Part shown: in pieces, positions 40,171 through 51,034 of the stretch
Layout: each line of letters opens with the position of its first letter
How positions within the stretch are numbered: the first letter of the stretch is position 1
DNA from: Octopus bimaculoides
Taxonomy: Eukaryota
Assembly: GCF_001194135.2 (NCBI RefSeq)
Contig: NC_068987.1
Location: 105,205,378-105,269,377, forward strand
DNA length: 64,000 nucleotides
Direction of reading: 5' to 3'
Translations under genes and position numbers: made by a program
Notes under the pieces: generated by a model
Database searches by the model: none
What the model saw: only the letters and a program-made list of their open reading frames with translations
What the model was told of the DNA's origin: nothing

Positions 40171-43100
40171 GCCTTGATTGAGGAGCATCATCATCATCAT
40201 CATTTAACGTCCGCTTTCCATGATAGCATGGGTTGGATGGTTTGACTGAGGGTTGGCGAGCCTGAAGGCTGCACCAATCTGATCTTGCAAAGTTTCTACA
40301 GCTGGATGCCCTCCCTAATGCCAACCACTCCGAGAGTGTAGTGGGTGCTTTTACGTGCCACCGGCACAAGGGCCAGTCAGGCAGTACTGGCAGCGACCAC
40401 ACTCAAATGGTGCTTTTTTTTACATGCCACTGGTACAGGAGCCAGTCAACAGTTGCATTTTCCATGATTAGTCTAAGCTTAATTATCTTATTGCACACTC
40501 TTACTACCTTGATCATTTTACCTGTCTATTTCACTGCTAAAAGTATGTCCACACACACACACCACAATATCACTTTTGCCTTCCCAGAATTTACACCAAT
40601 GTTCCTTGCTTGGGAAAAGTCTTGCTGAGGCTCATCTTATCTCTTGCACACAACACATGTCTACACATCACTATTTTAGCATTTTACCAATCTCACAGGA
40701 CCTGCTGTTCATTGTAACTATGTTGATTATGGATACTTTAGGGCTGTGAACTTTATAGAAAGTGTTACTAAGAAACTGGGGGACAGTTTGAGCATCTGAA
40801 AAAAAGATTTGTAGGAATGTCTGCTTGCAGCCAGACACTCTTGCTCTTAATCAGATATACAACTATTGATATTACCACCCAAGGTGGCAAACTGGCAGAC
40901 TAGTTAACATGCTAGTCAAAATACGTAGTGGCATTTTGTCTGTCTTTATGGTCTGAGTTCAAATTCAGCCAAGGTCACTTCTACCTTTCATTTTTTCAGG
41001 GTCAATAAAATAGGTACCAGTTAAGCACTGGGATCGATGTAATTGACTTATCCACCTCCCCTGAAATTGCTGGCCTTGTGCCAAAATTTGAAACCATTGT
41101 TATCACTCAAGAGGACCTCTATTTCCCCAGATCCTCAGGCATTCAAGACCAACTACCTATGTAAATGAGGTGAGTGGGTGTGAAATTACTAAGAAACTGA
41201 TGGGGTAATATGCACATCTAACATTAAGGGGATGGAGGAAGGGGTGAAAAAGGAGTTCAAAAATACAGAAGTCTCTAAATCTCTTAGAGATTAATGAAAA
41301 CATTATTTATAACTTTAAAATAATACTTGGACTGTTTACTGAACCCTTTAGTATTTAAATCAGCCATATCCAGTTCAAATGTAATACCTATTTTACATTA
41401 AAACTGGACTGCTCTGGCCTCTCACACCTACCCTACAATGTCATTCTAGAATAAGCAATCACATCATTGAAATCTTGAAGTCTTGAGATTATGCATTATT
41501 ATTTCAAAACAGTGTGAATAAATGAGCATGACATTTACCAGAATAATCTGGACGCCAAAGGTTAAAAACAGTACAACACTGAAACGTGCATATTAAGAAA
41601 ATATTAATAAATCCTAAAAGATAAAAAACTATACCATTGACCATATACAAGTTATGGATGAGGAAATTAGGAGCATTGATGAACATTGAACAATATTACA
41701 TATTAAAAGAAATAAATGAAGCAATCAATACAATACCAGTGCATGTGTTTATTACCGGCATAATGCCTCTCTCAAGGTTTAATAGTATTTCTTTCAACAC
41801 ACGTATTCACATCAAGAATCTTGCACACCAAATACACATACGAAATACAATACAACTAAACTTTGTCAATATTACGTTCTGAGTCCAAATTCCGCCTTTG
41901 CCTTTCATCCTTTCAGAGTCAACTAAATAAGTACCAGTTGCACACTGGGGTTGATATAATTAACTTAATCCTTTTGTCTGTCCTTGTTTAGCCCCCTGTG
42001 AGCAAGAAAGAAATAGATATTTGTACATCGTGAGTGAATGGACATAGATGAGTAAGCGTGCTGTAATATGGAGTCGAGAGAAAATACAGAGAAAGTCTAT
42101 AAGTCTCAGAGGTTGATGAAAACCTTACTTTGAACTGGAAAATAACACTTGAAGAGTTTTATTTAAAACATTATAATGCTTAAATATGTACATATTACAA
42201 GAATATTGATACATTCTAAAAAAAAAAAAAAAAAAAAAAAAATTCAAACCTTTGGCCACACACAGGTTATGAATGATGAATGGAAAACAGTGATAAACTT
42301 TGAGCAATTATAACAGTTTATGTATATTTTTAACGAATCCATCATTTGGATGCTTTTAGCAGAATTTGCTCTGCTGCAAGTTTTCAAATCAGTTCTCCAG
42401 TCAGAATAATTTGGTATCCTTAATGCACTGCTTTCTACTGTAACAACCTTGTTTACTGTGGTTTCTTTCTCCCCTTCCTGTCACTCATCTCAGAGACCCT
42501 AAAAAAGATCAAGGGCATTGGCTTTCCTCCTCTGACGGTTCCATAAAAAGTTGATGACTACTACAGAGCAGTTATGTTGGTTGAATAAAAGTTTAAACCC
42601 AATCTCATTATTGGTGATTGGAGATGGAAAATAAGAGTGTATTTTCATTAACCCTTTTAGCATTCAGATTATTTTATCAAATATAATACATATTTATCCA
42701 CATTGTTTTGAGTTTTAATCATTCATTATCTCGTAGTTTCAAGATTTCAGTGATGTGATTGCTTAGTTTTAGAATGACATTATAGGTAGGTGTGAGATAC
42801 CAGATCTTGACAGTGTGGACATAAACTGTGTAGATTATTTGGGCCAGATATGGCTAATTTAAATGCTAAAGGGTTGATAGAAAGAAGCAGTAAAGCTCAG
42901 CTGGGAAAATGAATGGCAGAAAATATATTTTAAAACTCATTAACAATTCACATATCCATTCAATGAAATATTTCTTCTTTGTATATGCATTACTATGTAA
43001 TTGCTTGAGGATTTTGTTATAAATGTAGATCAAGTTAGGATATCAAAAGTATGATGACCAGTTCTTTGCAAATTATAAATTTTACGTGTATTATTTAAAA

Positions 43101-44109
43101 CTCATAATACCTACATTATGGAGTTAATCATTCATTAGCAAAGTATTTTTGTCTCTAAGTGTATGTAGAAATATATGCTTTTATGTTTTACTCATTTCTT
43201 ATTATATTGAAGGTGCAACATAAAAAATGCATTCTTACTTTAGTTTTATCTAGTATTAGCTTAAAAGCTGCACTCTGTGTGGACTTTCAAGCTAGTTCTT
43301 GTGGAGGGCTAATTGGACCTGTAGCCCAAAACTAAAGAGAGCTAAATAGCATGACTAGTACATGTATAATGACTATATGCTCCTGTGGTGTTTGATCAGA
43401 GGTTAAAGAGGGATGAGAATTTATTCTGTAACGCAATCATTCTATTGTTCCAGGCCCAAGTTGAATTCCAGCTGTTGGCTAATTTGTCCCAAGGCTCTTA
43501 TCTTGCGTAAAATTAAAGAAGCAAATGTCATTTATCTCTCCTTTGATCTCTGATATCATCTGACAAATTAACCAACAGCCTGCTAGAAATAGCAACCCAA
43601 ATGCTTTTAAATCTAATCCCAATGTTGGATGTTCAAGAACCAAATAAAGGGCAGATTTTCAATCTCAGGATCATACTGATTCCAAAACGGTATACTCTCT
43701 ATGTAGAGCAAATGTACGCTGAGATACAGTGGTCTCAGGCAGACAGATAAAATTTCACTTTTCTTATTGTAGATAAATTATACTGAATTAGAGCAAAAAC
43801 ATTTAAGATAAACTGTCTACAAGAAATGACTTCAGTAGAACTGTCTAAGCAAGCAGTACTGGCATCGTAGTCCTCTAATTTAATGTTTATGATGGAATGG
43901 TATTTTAACTAGTTTAAGGCTTTTAAAAAAATTTACTAATGATAAAATTTACTAATGATAAAGTCTAGTTTTGTATATAATTGCACCTTAGGTGAAGTTT
44001 GCAGTAAGATCTTCTTTTGTACTATATCTAACCTGTTGAAGGGGTGCTAATCTATGATGTATTATCTACTCCAGGTTGTGGGGCCTGGTGACTCACATGT
44101 TTTCTTCAG

Positions 44110-44284
44110 GCTGCTGGTGAAACCAAAGTTGTTTACAGCACCAAAGAAGTGGTTGATTATGGCTTGGATTACCTCCCAGTTTACAAAGAATTTGCTAACA
44201 TCTGCAAACCTGAATTCAAGAATCAGTTCAGCAAAGAATCAGTTCTGGTGGGGAACAAAAGTTTACATAATGAAAGTTCCATCT
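44110..44284 (+). other. Exon-like 175-nt open segment of unknown identity
   Basis: ttttcttcAG acceptor and T|GTGAGT donor. Open in phase 0 to 1: AAGETKVVYSTKEVVDYGLDYLPVYKEFANICKPEFKNQFSKESVLVGNKSLHNESSI. Confidence 0.3.
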
Positions 44285-46969
44285 GTGAGTAATCTGGTAT
44301 AGATTCTCTTTATTGAATCTTTATTAGTTTCTCATGATCTGAAGGTTTTAAACTGCTTCAGCACAAATGCAGACTTTTAAACCCATTTCCAATAACAGAT
44401 TATGTAAACAAATTATCTTCCTGTTTTACTTTCTCGTGCTGGGTTTTGTGCAGTTAGTAGTGAGGTATTTTGTGTGATAGTCAAGTTTTGTTATAATCTT
44501 CTACTTCTTTAGACTACAAGCTATATTAAAGATTATCATGGAATTTGTAATGGTAGCATTACAGAAATCCTGTCACACTTATTGGTTTCTTACATTACAC
44601 ATTATCACAGTAATTAGAATTAATTTAATTGGCATTGCAGAACTTTTTATATCATTGTATATCATGTAATATTTTGATGTCACAGTTCGTGGTGTTACAA
44701 TGAGAGGCTATGTTGTAGATGTTTGTACAAGAAATACATTACCAACAAGCAAGCATTTGACTGGCAATGAAAGTCTTGCTAGATGAACGTCAGGGGAACT
44801 AAGTTCTCTCACCTCTTTTTGTTCTCCCCAATCTCGGCTACATATTGTGATCACTTGATAAAAATGGTTCTCCTGACTTTACAGAAACGGTTGATGTCTG
44901 TTTTGCTTCTGACTTCACATTGTTCTCAGACAAAATTTTCCCATTTGGATTTTGTATTCCTAGTCCTCTTTCCTTACCATTTACTAAAATAAGGCTGTTA
45001 AAAGTAACAACTTCTTTAATCCCCAAAATCCAGCAAAATAAGCTCATCAATTAATGTTCACAATATCTCCCTCAAATAATGCATTCTAACTCCCCCTTAT
45101 CCTTACCATATTCACCAATCTTGTTCTTTTTACTTTTGTTTACTTCAAAACATCTGACCATATCCAAGAGACTTCTTTTTTCAGCTCTTCTACTTGTTGA
45201 TCTTTTCTCAGCAATTCAAAAATGATAAAAACTACTGTAACTGATCGCTTTGATCATATTCATTATCATTAATATGGGTTCTGAAGACCATTTTGCATAA
45301 CACAGTTCAAGTCCTTTGCTTTGACAAATTTGATGGAAACAAATTATTTGACATAGTACCTTCTGATAAAGTGAACTGCCTATTTCTAATTATTATGGTC
45401 CCCCAGCATACCTATTTCTAATAATTACGATGCCCTCGCATGGCCACAGCCTCAAGGTTGAAACATATAAATAAAAAAAAGCACCTAGATTGCGTGTTTT
45501 CTGATAGGACTCCTTTAATGCAGATATCGAGGAGAGTTTTTCTCACTTTTATTTATTATTACAACTTGTTTTGCAGCTTACTTTTCCCCCACTTTTCTTT
45601 CATCATCATCATTGTTTAACGTCCATTTTCCATGCTGGCATGGGTTGGATGGTTTGACTGAGGTCTGGAGAGCCAGCAGCTGCACCAGGCTCCAATCTGA
45701 TCTGGCAATGTTTCTATAGCTGGATGCCCTTCCACTCCGAGAGTGTTTCTACAGCTGGATACCAACCACTTCGAGAGTGTAGTGAGTGCTTTTTATGTGC
45801 CACCGGCACAGGAGCCAATCAGGTGGGCCTGGCATCAATCACGTTCGGATAGTGCTCTTTACGTGTCACTGGCATGGGGGCCAGTCAGCGGGTACTGGCA
45901 AGTAATGGTCTAACATTTCTATACAATTTAATATCAACAAAAATTGTCAACCCACCCGCATGCAACAGTTTTATAATGCAGGCATTATACACTTCAAACA
46001 AGACAAATTTACAACACTACATTCTCACTGCTACTGAACAATACACAACAAAAACAGGCGTAACAGTAATTTTCTATGGCTAATACACACATTCACACAC
46101 ATATATCAAATAACTAAAGTTGTCATGAAAACTTAATTTCTGTTTTAGAAATAGAAAATAATTAACTCCACACAGGTGATGGCTGTATTCATTTGGAACT
46201 ATATCTTGGACTATATCCAATATAAAGCTGCTTGACATCTGACTGGCAAATCTTCTTCTCTGTCAAATTGTCCTTCCATTCCTACCTTCTACATTAATAT
46301 TAAAATGATATGTGTTCCTCTGAATATGTTACCTGTGTACTTGCTTCTCAGAAGTCCACTTTACTCTCCTCATCCTCCAATTAATGTTGTGCCTTGCACT
46401 ATATTTGATTTATCTAAATCATTGTCTTTAATATCATCTCTCCAGAAAACTCCTGTTAGCTTACGTATTTCATCCCTGTATTAAGTTTCTATAGAATTTC
46501 CAAGAGTAAACAATAAAAAGAGATAAAATGTTTACTTCCCAACCACATGGCTTCATGTTCAGTCCTACTGTGTAGCACTAGGGCAAATGTTTTTTACTGT
46601 AGCCCTGGGCTGACTAAAGCCTTGCAAGTGGACTTGGTAGATAGAAAGTGAAAGAAGCCCATCTTTGTGTGTGTGTTTGTCTCCCACCATCACTTAACAA
46701 CTGTGTTAGTCTGCTTACATCCCCTATAACTTAGCAGTTCGGCAAAAGAACCAATAGAATAAGTGTTCGGCTTTAAAAAGAAATAAATACTGTGGTCTGG
46801 TTGGTCAACTAAAACTTGCTCAAGGTGGTGTTCCGGCATGGCTGCAATCTCATGACCGAAGCAAGGAAAAGAAAGAAGAATTATCCCTTCTCATTAGCAG
46901 AACATTTGAAAAGCCATTGACTGCATTTTTTTTTTCTTTTTAAGATTAACTACCAGAAAACAGAGTCAA

Positions 46970-48400
46970 AGCACTGGGTATTATTGTCCTTACCCTCAGT
47001 AACCATCAGCACAGCTTACGTAGAACCAAGTGTGGTCCCTTACCTTTGGAAACTTGAGTGGAAACTTGTTTTGCACTTGATATAAACAGCCTTCAATCAT
47101 ATATAGATAAGCACCTCTAATTTTTAACAGAGATCTCCATTGACATGTGCTGATGAAGCCTTCTCCAACTCACATTCTAAACTCTTGTGTAATCTAAGGT
47201 TCTTATATCCTACAAGCTGTCAACTCTAATATACACTCATAGGAATTACTGTCCGTCACTCCTCTGTCAACCTTTCATACTCAGGTATCATCCACATGCA
47301 ATCTAAATGCCATGTCAAACACAAACAGATACTCTGAGAGAACCATCTCTTTCAATAGCATAAAGACTCAATGGTAGCACAAATACTGACCTACTCTAAT
47401 CCTGAAAAACATACCATTTAAATTCAACTCTACAGATGTTAAACCTCATGATCTTAGATTAGGGGCAGGGAAACTTTTTACTGTGGTGGGCAAAAATTTC
47501 CAAAGAAAAAGGTCCGTGAGTGGATCACAAGTTCTAACTCTTATATCTGTGTAAATCTTGTAATTAATTTGATATATATTAATAAGAATAAGTTTAAGTC
47601 ATTAGATTAATGTGTAACATCTTCATTAATGCTGCCACTGAATTTAGGATGTTTATATTACTCATGAGGTATTCTATATCTTTCAGCTAGAGTGTAATTG
47701 GGTCTCAACAGGGTGGTACAAACCTAGCAATATGTGTTCTATAGTGAAAACAAAATTTCTATCCAAATGGCAATTACAGAACAATTTTCTGTTTGAGTCT
47801 AATTGTTTTAAGTCGTAGTGGAAATGCGACCTATGTTACATATAGGCATACAAATATTGTATAAATTTTATAATTGAAAAATATACTGTATTTTGTATAT
47901 ACAAGTGTACCAGCCTGTGGGCACAATAAAATGGACGCGCAGATAGGGGTTTCCCCACCCCTGTCTTAGATGTTTCTCATGGCAACTCTCACTTATATGA
48001 CATTGCTAAAACTACATCACAAGACTAGGATTCCTCTTTTGAGCACAGAAATATTTCATCTCTGATCAGTTGCTATCCTTCTGCAAAGCTCTACCCTCAG
48101 AGTACTGCTTATATATATTGTGCCACTGCGTGACCACATCCAAAAGAGAACTAACAACTTAGCAAAGATTCATTTGCCAACATGCTCCAAACACTAGTTC
48201 GCAAACATACTCTTTCTCCTTGCTGCCTCTTCTGTCATTACTGCAATAGTCTTTGCAATCTACTTAATCTCTCCCCTCAAGTGGACTTACCTCATATTTC
48301 TTCTCATGTCCATTACTATATCTCACCTTCTAGACACTTGCTGAACACTTTACCCAGTTCTTCCTCCGTAGTACTGTAACCCCCTGGAAGTTCTTGTTGG
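46970..48400 (+). mobile_element. Decayed CR1/L2-type LINE RT and 3' region, split by a MITE
   Basis: Remnant motifs ALDI.(K)AF and GSYILQ (QGSVLSP-like) before the MITE; GFLF.AQKYF..DQLLSF.KA and DHIQKR after it. Confidence 0.5.
47460..47963. mobile_element. hAT-type MITE (504 bp)
   Basis: TIRs TAGGGGCAGGGAAAC and CAGGGGTGGGGAAAC; identical 8-bp TSD TCTTAGAT (47452-47459, 47964-47971). Confidence 0.85.
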
Positions 48401-48819
48401 CACAGGCTAACTACCTTCATAAAATTTTTTCAGCCAGAATCTTATGACAACATTTTATTGTACAGCTGTAATTCTTCTGGAGAAAAGAGGTCTAAAATTT
48501 AGTTGCAGTGCTTAAAAGTCAATGATCACAGCTGCATAACAATACTGCAGGAAGATTAGAATGTAAGTTGTACATTGATACATGTAGCCATTATGATTAA
48601 ATATGTTTTTTTTTTTCACAAAATACTCATGCTCTTTTTCTTTCGTTCTCAGCTTCCAGTATTTATGAAAAGTAAGAAGTTCTCCAAATACTTATAGAAA
48701 AGATTTTCTTGTTGTTAAACCATTTTATTTTTGTTTCTTGAAGGTATAACATCTTGATGTATCGGCATCACATCATCTGAACAGACTTTTACTTTGACAG
48801 ATACTCTATAACTTACAAC

Positions 48820-48856
48820 ATGCTTCCGTTAGATCAAAAAGGAAGTGCCAAACCTG
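48820..48856 (+). CDS. egh: egh first coding exon segment (MLPLDQKGSAKP + G)
   Basis: ATG at 48820; exon ends CCTG|GTAAGT in phase 1, matching the phase-1 acceptor at 51034 and an open frame into the main ORF. Upstream acceptors at 48743 and 48800. Confidence 0.7.
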
Positions 48857-48933
48857 GTAAGTTGTTTTCATACATTGAATTGAAATATTCTACAATAATC
48901 AAAAAATATATATTGCCTACATATTTTTAAACT

Positions 48934-49047
48934 CAAAAATCTGTATCTATAAATCTGTTTAATTTATTATACAAAAATCTGTGTCTATAAATCAGTTTAA
49001 TTTATTATACAAAAATCTGTATCTATAAATCAGTTTAATTTATTATA
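48934..49047. repeat. 38-bp tandem repeat x3
   Basis: CAAAAATCTGTATCTATAAATC(T/A)GTTTAATTTATTATA starting at 48934, 48972 and 49010. Confidence 0.95.
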
Positions 49048-49163
49048 TTGTAAACTCCTCTTCAAATAGCCATTTGACAAATAGTTTGTGCCTGAAGATT
49101 TCAAAGGACATTTTCTTTTCTTGTCAGTTGGTTATACTGGGTTACCATAATGTACATGAATAT

Positions 49164-49469
49164 CTTCTTCTTCTTGCCCTTTTAAAGCCTAGCCAGGCTC
49201 ATGGGCCTAGTTTCCCGGTTTCTATGGTGTATGTGTTCCCTCCAGCTGGACGGAACACCAGTCCATCGCAGCATTACTCAAGAAAGAGTGAGAGAAAGTT
49301 GGGGCGAAAGAGTACAACAGGGGTCACCACCACCCCTGCTAGAGCCTCGTGGAGCTTTAGGTGTTTTAACTCAATAAACACACACAACGCCCGGTCTGGG
49401 AATCGAAACCGCGATCCTCCGACCACGAGTCTGCTGTCCTAACCACCGGGCCATTGCGCCTCCATAAAT
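49164..49469 (-). mobile_element. tRNA-derived SINE family A2 in egh intron
   Basis: Same structure as 16652-16950; (GAA)n tail; 9-bp TSD CATGAATAT (49155-49163, 49470-49478). Confidence 0.9.
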
Positions 49470-50819
49470 CATGAATATAATATAACATATTTATTGAGAA
49501 ATATCCTCTCTGGTTATAAAACATACAAATGCAGTTCTGTGCCACTACTAGACTTGAGTTAGAATAGAATAAACTTTCATAGACTCTTAAGTTTTATGAA
49601 TGGCATTCAGATTTGTGATCAGGTAATGTAATGATAACTAAGTATTTGATCTTCATGTGACATTCTTGTTTTTCATGCACACATGAATTGTATATATATA
49701 GCATATGTTCATACATAGGTACACACAATGCATATGATGTTGTATGCTTGTTAGTGAATACTACATACAAAAGAGATGGATGAAAGATGACTTGGGAAAT
49801 ATAACTTGATCAGATCAGAAAGCTGCAAGCTTTGGAGATGAGATTGCTACAGAATCAAATTGACAAAAGAGATTATCTATTTTTCTATCCATGCTCAGAC
49901 AAAACATATTTAATAATGTATCATCATCATCACAATCATTGTCATTGTTTTAAGATTTGTTTTCTAGGGAGTTAGATAACCCAGTCCTACGTTTCCCCAG
50001 TTATCACAATCTTGGGTCATTCTGCTTATTCTGATAGTTTTATGAATGCCTTCCACCATCAAAATATGGAGCATTTTACCTAACACTCATCATCATCATC
50101 ATCATCATCGTTTAACGTCTGCTTTCCATGCTAGCATGGGTTGGACGATTTGACTGAGGACTGGTGATCAAGATGGCTACACCAGGCTCCAATCTGATTT
50201 GGCAGAGTTTCTACAGCTGGATGCCCTTCCTAACGCCAACCACTCCAAGAGTGTAGTGGGTGCTTTTACATGCGACCAACACAAAGGCCAATCAGGCAGT
50301 ACTGGCAACGGCACAGTTCATCTACCTATAGTTACTACCATAACGTCTATATAAATTACCCATGATTCATTGCCATGCAGCATTGTACTATTCAATTTCT
50401 ATAACCTGAAGTTAGTACACTGAGAGAATCATTTTATCAATAAACGTATCCATGTCCTTAAACTATTTTCATCCACTTCTAACTTTGGTTAGTATACTCT
50501 CACTAGAACCACCTCCAAAATTATTGAAATCATCTGAAACTATACCCAGTGGTATCGAACCTATCTCCTCCCAGCCAGTCATCTGCCACAGTACATTGTT
50601 ATTATTTGCAGCTGATTTGACTACAAATTTCTCTTATGATGCATTTGATGCATTTATTTGTACTTAGTAAAATTCTGCAGTAACTGTTAAAAAAAACTGT
50701 CATAATACAAATGGTATTGGATATGTCAATGCAGTCAAATAAAATGAAATGCAAGGTTAAATGGAACTTTCTGAGGGACTTGATAAAAGTTTCCTGCTGC
50801 TAAAGGTTATATGTCAACA

Positions 50820-50961
50820 AGTCTGTAGTATGGTTGGATAACACTGATTTAAAATGGTTGTAGTTAACTAGTTTTTAAGTTAAAAAGTATAGTCTGCAGT
50901 ATGGTTGGATAACACTGATTTAAAATGGTTGTAGTTAACTAGTTTTTAAGTTAAAAAGTAT
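50820..50961. repeat. 71-bp tandem duplication
   Basis: Two copies (50820-50890, 50891-50961) differing at one position. Confidence 0.95.
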
Positions 50962-51034
50962 AGTGTTTATATTATTATATGAAATTGTATATTATTTGCA
51001 TACACAATTAAAAAAAAATTTTTTTTTTTTTCAG

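Noticed and set aside
43774-43880. Strong acceptor tttcacttttcttattgtAG as an extra exon
   Set aside because: All three frames close quickly and there is no convincing donor; a UTR exon cannot be excluded but is unsupported.
44089-44091. In-frame TGA in GCGAW*LTC as selenocysteine
   Set aside because: No selenoprotein family was recognised, no SECIS was identified, and the TGA lies upstream of the candidate splice acceptor.
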